64,000 bases of DNA from Macrostomum hystrix. Lineage: Eukaryota > Animalia > Platyhelminthes. The position numbers and the translations under genes were made by a program. The stretch is taken from the NCBI GenBank assembly GCA_950097015.1, contig CATNEN010000010.1, positions 744,001-808,000 on the forward strand, written 5' to 3'. The number at the start of each line of letters is the position of its first letter. Position 1 is the first letter of the stretch. The notes beneath the pieces are model-generated. The model worked only from the letters and a program-made list of their open reading frames with translations, ran no database searches and was not told the origin of the DNA. Below are positions 13,306 to 24,986 of the stretch, in pieces.

Positions 13306-13862
13306 TAGATAGGACCAGCACCTCACAGCTAGATAGGACCAGCACCTCACAGCTAGATAGGACCAGCACCTCAACTGCTAGATAGGACCAGCACCTCAAC
13401 AGCTAGATAGGACCAGCACCTCACAGCTAGATAGGACCAGCACCTCACAGCTAGATAGGACCAGCACCTCACAGCTAGATAGGACCAGCACCTCAACTGC
13501 TAGATAGGACCAGCACCTCAACAGCTAGATAGGACCAGCACCTCAACAGCTAGATAGGACCAGCACCTCAACAGCTAGATAGGACCAGCACCTCAACAGC
13601 TAGATAGGACCAGCACCTCAACTGCTAGGTAGGTCATGAGTCAAGCAGGTAGGTCTTGGGTCAAGCAGGTAGGTCATGAGTCAAGCAGGTAGGTCATGGG
13701 TCAAGCAAGTAGGTCATGAGTCAAGCAGGTAGGTCTTGGGTCAAGCAGGTAGGTCATGAGTCAAGCAGGTAGGTCATGGGTCAAGCAAGTAGGTCATGAG
13801 TCAAGCAGGTAGGTCTTGGGTCAAGCAGGTAGGTCATGAGTCAAGCAGGTAGGTCTTGGGTC
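13306..13862. repeat. Two directly abutting minisatellites (24/25-bp, then 20-bp)
   Basis: CTAGATAGGACCAGCACCTCA(A)CAG units to ~13627, followed without a spacer by GTAGGTCATGAGTCAAGCAG units to ~13862. Confidence 0.95.
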
Positions 13863-14119
13863 ATGCATGGCGGTCTTGTGTGCAAATTTTTTTATTTTAG
13901 ATTTGCAAAACGGGAGGTGTTTGGACTACAATTTTTGTGACAAAAACTGGTTAGAAATTTATAAGTAGTTCTAATGATCTTTGAAAATGTATTTTAGGCT
14001 AAGAAATTGAAGTTAAAACTGGTTCTAAACTTTCCTACCGAATCCATATAGTTATACTGATCCTGGATATTCCTATTTTTGCATCCGATATGTATCGAAA
14101 CTAGTTTTCCCCTTACCAG

Positions 14120-14497
14120 GGTCACGTAATCAACATCGCCAGCTTGTCTGCCCACCGGGTGCCGGTCGCCCTGGACACGGGGCCAAGCTTCGCCGAGCGC
14201 AACGGCCACTTCTACGCGGCCACCAAGTTCGCGCTGCGCGCCGTCGCCGATGGCACCCGGCAGGAGCTGCGCGCCATGGGCTCACCGGCCCGCGTCACCA
14301 ACATCAGCCCCTGCCTGGTGGAGACGCCATTCCACGCCAGCCTGACACCGCCTGGACAGACCGGCCGGCCCGGCGGCGCCGGCATTCGCATGCTGCAGCC
14401 TAGCGACGTAGCCGATGCCGTCGTGTTCGCGCTGGCCGCGCCGCAGCGGATGCAGGTCGATGACGTCCTGGTGCGGCCCACCGACCAGAGGCAGTAG
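14120..14497 (+). CDS. DHRS11: 3' exon of a short-chain dehydrogenase (DHRS11-like); 5' exons not found
   Basis: Acceptor ttttccccttaccag|, phase 0, then GHVINIASLSAHRV...YAATK (catalytic YxxxK)...LRQ-like TRQEL...ISPCLVETPF...LQPSDVADAVVFAL...VRPTDQ*. No TGxxxGIG or NNAG exon is visible upstream. Confidence 0.8.
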   Translation, partial: GHVINIASLSAHRVPVALDTGPSFAERNGHFYAATKFALRAVADGTRQELRAMGSPARVTNISPCLVETPFHASLTPPGQTGRPGGAGIRMLQPSDVADAVVFALAAPQRMQVDDVLVRPTDQRQ

Positions 14498-14931
14498 CAC
14501 CAGTTTTTTTCAGATTTCTAAGCTTGCTGAGTTTCCAGATTTCTCTACTGTCAGTAGTGGAGTTTGCAAATTTGTCAGTATTTTCAAATTGATTTCTAAA
14601 CTTGCTGAGTTTCCAGATTTCTCTACTGTCAGTAGTGGAGTTTGCTAATTTGTCCGATTTTTCATGAACGCTTTTTTGGGATTTTATAGTTATTCAGTCT
14701 AGAATGAAATCTTTATATTTCTACGGCAATCATGAGTCAACACATCAATTAGTCATTTTAACAATTAAATACAAGTTCAACTGCAATAATTTTCTAGAAG
14801 TTTTTCTTAAGGAAAAAATGTGCACGATCTACATGTCGGTGCTTGTGTGTATAATTGTGATTCGAATTCAGAAGCCGCGTTCATTTCTACTGGTGTCAGT
14901 AGTAAGGAACGAAAATTAAAGGAAAATAAAA

Positions 14932-17900
14932 TTAATGCGAAGCTGATAGCCCGATGCGAAGGCAATTAGCAGGTCGGTGATCGTTCGTCACTTCAGAAAT
15001 CGCCGACTCGAGCCTCCGTCGATGAGGTCGCTGTTCTCGTTGGCGGTGTCGACCACCAGCCTGCCGCGGGTGGACAGCACCAGCATCTCGCGGGCCACCT
15101 GCCGGAAACTGCGCTGCGGAAGGCCGACGGGGGGAGGGGGAGGCTGAGGAGACCAGCTGGAGAGTGGAGAGTGGAAGGTGGAAAGTGGAAGGTGGAAAGT
15201 GGAAGGTTGAGAGTGGAGAGTGGAAGGTGGAGAGTGGAAGGTGGAGAGTGGAAAGTGGAGAGTGGAAGGTGGAGAGTGGAAGGTGAAGAGTGGAAGGTGG
15301 AGAGTGGAAAGTGGAGAGTGGAAGGTGGAGAGTGGAAAGTGGAAGGTGGAGAGTGGAAGGTGGAGAGTGGAAAGTGGAAGGTGGAGAGTGGAAGGTGGAG
15401 AGTGGAGAGTGGAAGGTGAAGATTGGAAGGTGGAGAGTGGAAAGTGGAGAGTGGAAGGTGGAGAGTGCTAGGTTGAAAGTTGAATGGTGAAGATGGATGG
15501 TGAAGAGTAGCTGATCACACGAACAGTGCTGAGTGCGAGTGCCCCCACCTTCTTGCGCCTGGCCAGCAGGGCGCAGCGGTAGGCGAACTCCAGCAGGGAG
15601 AGCACCACGCCAAAGGCGGTGCCGGCCACCAGGATGTAGAACAGGCCGGCCACGCTCTGCAGCTCCAGCGACTGTGCCGAGTTCTTCTGCTCGGTTGAGG
15701 AGGTGAGTGTGTACAGGTGTGCATTCTCTTGTGCTCACTGCAGACTCATCATCCGTGCTCAATCCCGCACTCACCTTGGCGTCGTCCTTCTCTTGGTTGG
15801 GACAGGTGCCCTGCTTCTCGTACCACCATTTGGTCTGCAGGGCGCTGATGTCGCCCTTCTCTTTCAGCTGCAGCACCTTCAAGTTGATGGGGTCGCGCAG
15901 GTCAGAGCCGCTTGGAGTGGCGATGCCGTAGCCCCGGCCGCTGTCCAGGTTGCCGCCCACCTGCCGCGGGAGGCCGCGGGTTCGATTCCTTCCGTCAGCT
16001 CCCTCGCTAGCTTACTTCTGACCGTGCCTTCAGGCTTTCCGGTTTCCTTTTTCGAAGCGGCCTCTCCAGTCGCTCTCTCCTCTCCTTTCCTCAATAATCC
16101 TGTTTCATTCCATCCCATATCTGGTAAGTTCATCAAGCACTCCCTCACCTTCATGGTGCGGCAGTTCTGCTGCGAGTAGTACTCATTCATGGTGCTCTCC
16201 AGCAGGAAGGCGTAGTCATTGTTGGAGCTCAGCACCCGGTTCACGCCGTCCTGAATCGTGTCCACGAACACGTTCGGGTTCGCCTCCATGAACTGCCACA
16301 TTCGGCGGAAGTCCTGGCTGGTTGAGTCCTGAATGGGCGGGGCGGCGAACGGCCTTCAGAGTCTTCTGCTGGCAGCAACAACCAGATCCTCCAGCAGTGT
16401 GAGAGATACAATTCAGACTACTGACAACAGTAGAAAAGCAAAGACATGGCTGCAAAACTCTCACATAACACAAAAAAAGTATCGCCATAAAAATAGCAAG
16501 GTTAAAAGAGACTTCTCTGCACACTTAGAGTGGTGGGAGAGGACTGCGTGTGGCTATGGCTGACTGACGAAGGCAAACAAGCCAGAAACCGGTCTCGGTC
16601 TGCCAGCGCGAGGTTGGTTTTAGTGTGTTACAAGCAGTATGACGCAACCCTTTCCCAGATCCTCCAGTAGTATGACCCAACCCTTTCCTAGGTCTTCCAG
16701 CAGTATAGCGGGGGCGCACCTTGAAGAAGTCCTTGGAAGAGCCGGAGTTGACCACACCGTACTTGATCTTGGTCTGTTTCGCCAGGTCCTCGTACGACTG
16801 GATCGGGGTGGACATCCGCTCGACGGTGAGGAAGGCGGCCAGGTTGGCCGTGTAGGAGCTGACGATGATCAGCGTGAAGAACCACCAGACGCTGCCGACA
16901 ATGCGGCCGGACAGGGAGCGGGGTGAGATGTCGCCGCCTTGCTGCATGAAGGCGCTCAGCGCGAACCACAGCGAGTTGAAGATGCTAAAGTCGTTGATGA
17001 CCCGGCCGGGTGGACCTCCCGCTTCCTGGCTGAGGTACCACTCGTAGGGGCTGAAGCGGCTGACCACGAACAGCACGACGCTGACGCCCAGATAGGCGAA
17101 GGCGATGCACATCCAGATCTCCATGGACAGCGGCTTCATGAAGCCGAACCGGTCCGACTCTGCCTTGGTCGGGCGCAGGAACATCACGCTGAGCCCGACC
17201 TCCATGTAGGGTGTGGAGAAGTCGACGACTTTCTCGCGCTTCGAAGTGATGGTCAGCGGCGCCACGGCGATGTCTGCGTCCTGTTTCAGTGGAAGATGAT
17301 GATAGAATAAGATGATGGAAGAGGAAGAGGAAGAGGATACTGTATAGGCTCATTTTCACCTGTCTGTAAAGCTCTCCAATCATTCCGTTCCAGGTGCCGT
17401 TGTTGCTGTCGTCTCCGTACTTGCCGTCGGCCACCGGCTTGATGACATAGTCGAAGCCAATCTGGCGGCCCAGCTGCTTGATGAGGTCGGCGCAGAAGCC
17501 GTTGAAGCGATCGTTGCCAACCAGCGGCGTCCCCTCATAGGTGGCGTTGCCGCGCAGCATGAGGAACGGCTCGGACAGGATGCTCGTCACCACCCGGGTG
17601 CGGTTGCTGAAGTTCAGCCGGAGGCCCTTCTGGCGCAGCAAGCTGCGTGTGATGCGGAAGCCGCCGTCGCGGGACCACTCGCTGATCTGCCAGGGGTGGG
17701 TCAGACTGGGGCGTGAGTCAGTCATCGAATCGATAATCGTCATTTATTTAGTCAGTGAGTCAGTTATCAGTGAGATCAGTGAGATCAGTGAGTCAATCAG
17801 TGAGTCAATTAGTGAGTCAATCAGTGAGTCAATCAGTGAGTCAATCAGTGAGTCTGTCAGTGAGTCAATCAGTGAAGTGAGTCAATCAGTGAAGTGAGTC

Positions 17901-20900
17901 AATCAGTGAAGTGAGTCAATCAGTGAAGTGAGTCAATCAGTGAAGTGAGTCAATCAGTGAAGTGAGTCAATCAGTGAAGTGAGTCAATCAGTGAAGTGAG
18001 TCAATCAGTGAAGTGAGTCAATCAGTGAGTCAGTGCCCTAATCAGTGAATACATCAGCTTGTACTGTAAAGCTGAATATCTCAGCGAGTCCTGACCGGCA
18101 GCAGCTCAGACTTGACCCCGGCCTCGAACACCTGCACCCGGAAGCGGTCTCGATAGCCGGTCCGGTTGAACTCCACCCTGCCAGTGAGGCCTTCGAAATT
18201 GGTGCCACCGTGGCGGGAGGACTTGATGGTGCTGGCGAGGCTGGCCGCCGGGAAGGCGGGCGTCAGCGGCGGCATGCAGTCGTCGGTGGCCTCCGGAGGG
18301 CGGCGGGTCTGGCGGACCACCGGCAGCCGCTCGTGCGCCCGGATCAGCGCCTCCATGCCGTCCAACATCAGCGCAGCGGAGAGCTGGAGTGGAGTGACAT
18401 TGAGAGTGCCTTTCTGGACGAACTATTTAGTGACATCGCCATGGCTGTTCCTACGTTCGAGTGACATTGGAGAGAGTGACATTGGAGAGAGTGGCATTGG
18501 AGAGAGTGACACTGGAAAGAGTGGCATTAGAGAGAGTGACACTGGAGAGAGTGGCATTGGAGAGAGTGACATTGGAGAGAGTGGCACTGGAGAGAGTGAC
18601 ACTGGAGAGAGTGGCATTGGAGAGAGTGACATTGGAGAGAGCGACATTGGAGAGAGTGACATTGGAGAGAGTGGCATTGGAGAGAGTGACACTGGAAAGA
18701 GTGGGAATGGAGAGAGTGACACTGGAGAGAGTGGCATTGGAGAGAGTGACATTGGAGAGAGTGGCATTGGAGAGAGTGACACTGGAGAGAGTGGCATTGG
18801 AGAGAGTGACATTGGAGAGAGTGGCATTGGATAGAGTGACATTGGAGAGGGTGGCACTGGAGAGAGTGGCATTGGAGAGAGTGACATTGGAGAGAGTGGC
18901 ATTGGATAGAGTGACATTGGAGAGGGTGGCACTGGAGAGAGTGGCATTGGAGAAAGTGAAATTGGAGAGACTGAAATTGGAGAGAGTGACGTTGGAGAGA
19001 GTGAAATTGGAGAGAGTGACATTGGAGAGAGTGACGTTGGAGAGACTGAAATTGGAGAGAGTGACGTTGGAGAGAGTGAAATTGGAGAGAGTGAAATTGG
19101 AGAGAGTGACATTGGAGAGAGTGACATTGGAGAGAGTGACATTGGAGAGAGTGGCATTGGAGAGAGTGACATTGGAGAGAGTGACATTGGAGAGAGTGAC
19201 ATTGGAGAGAGTGGCGTTAGAATTGAAGGTGAGAAATGCGCAACACAGCGAGTGAGTAGCCTCACGGGCACAACCCCCTCCAGGTTGTCAAACTCAGTCG
19301 GCCAGCGCTTCAGCCGCTCCTCCGCATTCCAGAACTCGTCTCGGAAGCGGCGGAATTTCGGATTGGAGGCGTTCATGATGGAGAAGCCCGTGATGTTCAC
19401 GCCGCCATGCTGGAACGCTGTCATGTTCAGCTCGTTCATGTCCTGGGCAGTGTCAGTGACCGAGTAGATTAGTTATTTGCCTATGATTCTTGGACCCCAA
19501 ACCCTGAGCCTTCGGGGTCGACTCTAAGGCCCATAAGTCAGGGACCCTTCTGCACAGACTTTGAAATGCTTGTTAAAGCTAAAAACAATTCACAATCTCA
19601 CCGATCCCATAATCAGGTAGTGATAATTGAACCGGCTACTCCTGATCGACCGAATCTGAAATTTGATCGACAGAATCTGTTTCATTGTGGTACAGTTTAC
19701 AGTTGCCACAGATTGGCTGATCAGGCACACACACTCCTGCACCTGTCTCATCTCTCCCCTGTCTCATCTCTCCCTGTCTCATCTCTCCCCTGTCTCATTT
19801 CTCCCTGTCTCATCTCTCCCTGTCTCATCTCTCCCCTGTCTCATCTCTCCCTGTCTCATCTCTCCTCTGTCTCATCTCTCCCTGTCTCATCTCTCCCCTG
19901 TCTCATCTCTCCCTGTCTCATCTCTCCCTGTCTCATCTCTCCCTGTCTTATCTCTCCCTGTCTCATCTCTCCCCTGTCTCATCTCTCCCTGTCTCATCTC
20001 TCCCCTGTCTCATCTCTCCCCTGTCTCATCTCTCCCCTGTCTCATCTCTCCCCTGTCTCATCTCTCCCTGTCTTATCTTTCCCCTGTCTCATCTCTCCCC
20101 TGTCTCATCTCACCCCTGTCTTATCTTTTCCCTGTCTCATCTCACCCCTGTCTTATCTCTCCCCTGTCTCATCTCTCCCTGTCTCATCTCTCCCTGTCTT
20201 ATCTCTCCCTGTCTCATCTCTCCCCTGTCTCATCTCTCCCTGTCTCATCTCTCCCCTGTCTCATCTCTCCCCTGTCTCATCTCTCCCCTGTCTCATCTCT
20301 CCCCTGTCTCATCTCTCCCCTGTCTCATCTCTCCCCTGTCTCATCTCTCCCCTGTCTCATCTCTCCCCTGTCTCATCTCCCCCTGTCTCATTTCTTCCCT
20401 GTCTCATCTCTCCCCCTGTCTCATTTCCCCCTGTCTCATCTCTCCCCTGTCTCATCTCTCCCCTGTCTCATCTCTCCCCTGTCTCATCTCTCATGTGCCT
20501 CATCTCTCCCTGTCTCATCTCTCCCCTGTCTCATCTCTCCCCTGTCTCATCTCTCCCTGTCTCATCTCTCCCCTGTCTCATCTCTCCCCTGTCTCATCTC
20601 TCCCCTGTCTCATCTCTCCCCTGTCTCATCCCCTCTGATCTAAGTCGCAGCAGATAACTATGAAAGTATTTCGCACAGCAGTGGCTTGAAGCCGACCTCT
20701 GAAAACAGCTTGCGCTGCAAGTCTCGATCGGTGACGTCAAGAAAGACCCGCTTGAGTGCCTCCTTGGACTTCTTGTCGATATAGTTCAACACGGTGGAAG
20801 CCGAGGAGCTCCGGTCAGCGCTGTCTGTGAGGTCGCGAATGTCAGCGCTGATGGTGGCGTCTCGGCTGTTGTAGGCCTCGAAGATCTCTCGGAGGCGCAG

Positions 20901-23900
20901 AAGAGCTGCGGGAGTGGTCCAATGATTGAAAGTGTTCAATGAAAGCTTTAGTCAATGAAAGATCTTCTGTTTCAGGAGTGGCTCAAGGCCCATCTGAGCT
21001 TAGCAGACAGCAGACACACACAGGCATTAGGTTCTCATTAGGTCGATCCCTTAGTTGCCCAGCATGCAAGCCGAGTATAATCTTCAAATTCTTTCTGCAA
21101 CATACTTCGGTGTGCTTTTTCAAACCGAAGAATAATGTACTTTAGCGGAATGGCGGGCGGCTGCGGCCCGGATTAGGCTCGACCTCCCCCAGGGACACGG
21201 CCGGGCTCCAACTACTTCCGCTTGGCTAATTCCGCTAATGCAGCTAATGCAAATGAGGTCGCCGCTGTCTTAGAGCCGGTGCGAGCCTCGCTGCCATGCC
21301 GGCCCGGCTGCTCCTGATGACAGAAAACTGCTGAATAATTGATTTTTGCATTCAACATGAGCTGGCACTGCCGTCTCACCTGACTGGAACTGCCGTCTCA
21401 CCTGACTGGAACTGCCGTCTCACCTGACTGGCACTGCCGTCTCACCTGACTGGCACTGCCATCTCACCTGACTGGCACTGCCGTCTCACCTGAGTGGCAC
21501 TGCCGTCTCACCAGACTGGAACTGCCGTCTCACCTGACTGGCACTGCCGTCTCACCTGACTTGCACTGCCGTCTCACCTGACTGGCACTGCCATCTCACC
21601 TGACTGGCACTGCCGTCTCACCTGACTGGCACTGCCGTCTCACCAGACTGGAACTGCCGTCTCACCTGACTGGCACTGCCGTCTCACCTGACTTGCACTG
21701 CCGTCTCACCTGACTGGCACTGCCGTCTCACCTGACTGGAACTGCCGTCTCACCTGACTGGAACTGCCGTCTCACCTGACTGGCACTGCCGTCTCACCTG
21801 ACTGGAACTGCCGTCTCACCTGACTGGAACTGCCGTCTCACCTGACTGGCACTGCCGTCTCACCTGACTGGCACTGCCGTCTCACCTGACTGGCACTGCC
21901 GTCTCACCTGACTGGCACTGCCGTCTCACCTGACTTGGTGTCGTACAGGAAGAAGAACCTTTCCCAATGCTCGTGGTCGATGATGGCAATGAGCGCCTGT
22001 GTGATCACCGGCCTCAGCCGAATGAGGAAACGCCCCAGCGTCTTGCTGCCGCGCCCTCCGCTGCCGGCGCCGCCGCCGCCGCCACCGCCTACAGGGCTCG
22101 AGCCTTGCCTGCGGTGGACAATCTTGTCTGGCTGCAGCTGGTCAACGAAGCTGTTGGTGAGGTACAGAGCAGCCAGGTTGTCCGTCATCGACTGCACCAT
22201 CGGCAGCGTCTTGTAGTGGGCCGGCCCGAAAATGGCGAGGACGCCGCGGGACACCAGGCGGCAGACTGCGGGCACGGAAGCGGGAGATTGCGCGACTGCG
22301 AGTGACTGGGTGGCTGTGGGTGACTGTGGGTGACTGGGTGACTGTGCGTGACTGGGTGACTGGGTGACTGTGGGTGATGTGGATGATAGTTGGTGACTGT
22401 GGATGATAGTTGGTGACTGTGGATGATAGTGGGTGACTGTGGATGATAGTGGGTGACTGTGGATGATAGTGGGTGACTGTGGGTGACTGTGGGTGACTGG
22501 GTGACTGTGGGTGACTGGGTGACTGTGGGTGACTGGGTGACTGGGTGACTGTGGGTGATGTGGATGATAGTTGGTGACTGTGGATGATAGTTGGTGACTG
22601 TGGATGATAGTTGGTGACTGTGGATGATAGTGGGTGACTGTGGATCGTAGTGGGTGACTGTGGATCATAGTGGGTGACTGTGGATCATAGTGGGTGACTG
22701 TGGATCGTAGTGGGTGATGTGGATGATAGTTGGTGACTGTGGATGATAGTGGGTGACTGTGGATTATGGTTTGTGACTGTGGATCATAGTGGGTGACTGT
22801 GGATCGTAGTGGGTGACTGTGGGTGGCTGTGTATGACTGTGGGTGGCTGTGTATGACTGTGGGTGGCTGTGTATGACTGTGGGTGGCTGTGTATGACTGT
22901 GGGTGACTGTGTATGACTGTGGGTGGCTGTGTATGACTGTGGGTGGCTGTGTATGACTGTGGGTGGCTGTGCATGACTGTGGATGCTCACTGGCACTGCT
23001 CATCTGAAAGGAGTCCTCTGGATCCTCCACGAACTCGATCGCGGCCTCGTATCGGTCGCGCCGACCCTCTAGCGAGTCGAACCAGCCGGCTCCGAGGCTG
23101 CGGGAGTCAGCGTCTGAGCGCCGCCGCAACTGCTCCAGGCCGTAGTTGAAGGCTGCGTAGCTCGGCGACCGCAGGCTGCTGTTCTTGAAGATGCCACCTG
23201 CCGAGGATGCGGGATCGGGGAATGCCAGGATGGAGAGTTCCAGGATGGGGAGTTCCAGGATGGGGAGTTCCAGGATGGGGAATGCCAGGATAAGGAGTTC
23301 TAGGATGGGAAATGCCAGGATAAGGAGTTCCAGGATGGGGAATGCCAGGATAAGGAGTTCCAGGATGGGGAATGCCAGGATGGGGAGTTCCAGGATGGGG
23401 AATGCCAGGATAAGGAGTTCCAGGATGGGGAATTCCAGGATGGGGGAATTCCAGGATGGGGAATTCCAGGATGGGGGAATTCCAGGATGGGGAGTTCCAG
23501 GATGGGGAATGCCAGGATAAGGAGTTCCAGGATGGGGAATGCCAGGATGGGGAGTTCCAGGATGGGGAATGCCAGGATAAGGAGTTCCAGGATGGGGAAT
23601 TCCAGGATGGGGGAATTCCAGGATGGGGAATTCCAGGATGGGGGAATTCCAGGATGGGGAGTTCCAGGATGGGGAATGCCAGGATAAGGAGTTCTAGGAT
23701 GGGAAATGCTAGCATGGGGAATGCGTTTTAGAATTTGTAAAAAGGGAAGACGGGGATTTGGGATGCGCTATGGATTAAGCAGATAGTTTTTCAGTTGTAA
23801 TGATTTCTTTCATGGATATTGTAAAAAAATATTTTCATGAAAATTGTGAATCATTCAGCTGATTGATTCGCATTTAGTGGGAACCGGCCAGGCAAGAATC

Positions 23901-24986
23901 TGCCGAAACAAAGTTATGGGATATTTTAGTGTCGCGCATTTGCTAACATCATTTGCAGTGAGTGCCCAGTGCTCAGCGGTAATGCTTTGGAAATTTGACT
24001 AGAATTTTCGTGGCCAGATGGAGACTCAGAAAGCAGTGATCGATTTTTTCTCCCATGATAAGATTGGCGCGGCTGATTGAGTGAGCACTCCGCTGGGACC
24101 CTCAGCCTGCTCAGCAGGACTGCTCAATTATTCAGCTAGAGCTCACTCCGCTGCTGAGAGCAGACCTGAGTCTACTCTGACCCATCGGCTCTGAGTTGTG
24201 CTTTGTAGTATCTGCTTTTCTAATGCGCTGCTCTCTTCACAACTCACACTCACTCACTCACTCACACTCACACACACACTCACACACACACTCACTCACT
24301 CACACACACTCACACACTCATTCACACTCACTCACTCACTCACTCACCCACACTCACACTCACACACACTTACACACTTACTCACACACAGTTACACACT
24401 CACACACACTCACACTCACTCACTCACACACACCCACTCACTCACCCACCCAGTCACTCACTAATGCGCTGCTCTCTTCACAACTCACACTCACTCACAC
24501 ACACTCACACTCACTCACACACACTCACACTCACTCACACACACACTCACACACACTCACACTCACTCACTCACTCACTCACACTCACACACACACTCAC
24601 ACACACTCACACTCACTCACACACACACTCACACACACTCACACTCACTCACTCACTCACTCACACTCACACACACACTCACACACACACTCACTCACTC
24701 ACACACTCACACACACTCACACACTCATTCACACTCACTCACTCACTCACTCACCCACACTCACACTCACACACACTTACACACTTACTCACACACAGTT
24801 ACACACTCACACACACTCACACTCACTCACTCACACACACCCACTCACTCACCCACCCAGTCACTCACCAATCAGGTAGGTTTTCTGTGCTGCCTGAGCA
24901 GGGGGCATTGCGGCAGCCCAGCTCAGGGCGCACAGAAGCAGGTGACGCAACAGCAGCCCCGGTCGCTGCCTGCCGCCACCCTCCAT
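14932..24986 (-). CDS. Ionotropic glutamate receptor, AMPA/kainate type, 13 exons, ~1001 aa
   Basis: Exons (minus): 24986-24869, 23197-22991, 22265-21930, 20905-20697, 19655-19602, 19442-19266, 18383-18096, 17686-17360, 17280-16720, 16328-16149, 15960-15775, 15686-15549, 15156-14932; total 3006 nt, phases consistent. Signal peptide; ATD ([21 protein letters not shown]); S1 ([28 protein letters not shown]); pore [13 protein letters not shown]; [11 protein letters not shown]; [10 protein letters not shown]; GYGIATP; M4 VAGLFYIL. Confidence 0.93.
15160..15467. repeat. 7/14-bp minisatellite in the last iGluR intron, ending at the acceptor
   Basis: GAGAGTGGAAGGTG units. On the sense strand the last unit supplies ...ccactctccactctccag|. 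Confidence 0.9.
17745..18032. repeat. 12/17-bp minisatellite in iGluR intron 7
   Basis: GTCAATCAGTGA(AGTGA) units. Confidence 0.9.
18460..19215. repeat. 15-bp minisatellite in iGluR intron 6, ~50 copies
   Basis: GAGAGTG(A/G)CA(T/C)TGGA units. Confidence 0.95.
19741..20632. repeat. 16/17-bp pyrimidine-rich minisatellite in iGluR intron 4
   Basis: CTGTCTCATCTCTCCC(C) units. The same unit recurs at ~48840-49130. Confidence 0.95.
21362..21933. repeat. 22-bp minisatellite, ~26 copies, starting at the iGluR exon 3 donor
   Basis: Sense-strand unit GTGAGACGGCAGTGCCAGTCAG. The first unit is the real donor (AGTCAG|GTGAGA at 21930/21929). Confidence 0.95.
22310..22985. repeat. Compound GTGACTGTGG-type minisatellites filling iGluR intron 2
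   Basis: GGTGACTGTGGATGATAGT and GGGTGGCTGTGTATGACTGT units. Confidence 0.9.
23220..23722. repeat. 15/30-bp G-rich minisatellite in iGluR intron 1
   Basis: GGGAATGCCAGGAT / GGGGAGTTCCAGGAT units. Confidence 0.9.
24240..24868. repeat. (TCAC)/(AC) cryptic simple repeat at the start of iGluR intron 1
   Basis: Interspersed ACTC and ACAC runs; on the sense strand these read as many GTGAGT hexamers. Confidence 0.9.

Noticed and set aside
14513-14654. 64-bp direct repeat (78-bp period) between convergent 3' ends
   Set aside because: Real but looks like an ordinary local duplication; no structure or coding signal.
21310-21335. CTGATGA...GAAA as a hammerhead ribozyme core
   Set aside because: Only 2 nt between the motifs, so stem II cannot form; no flanking stems.
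18166-24879. Long low-complexity ORFs across the iGluR locus (SPMSL, ERVTL, CLISP, HSHT...)
   Set aside because: Intronic minisatellite read-through; real exons were delimited by splice sites and homology.
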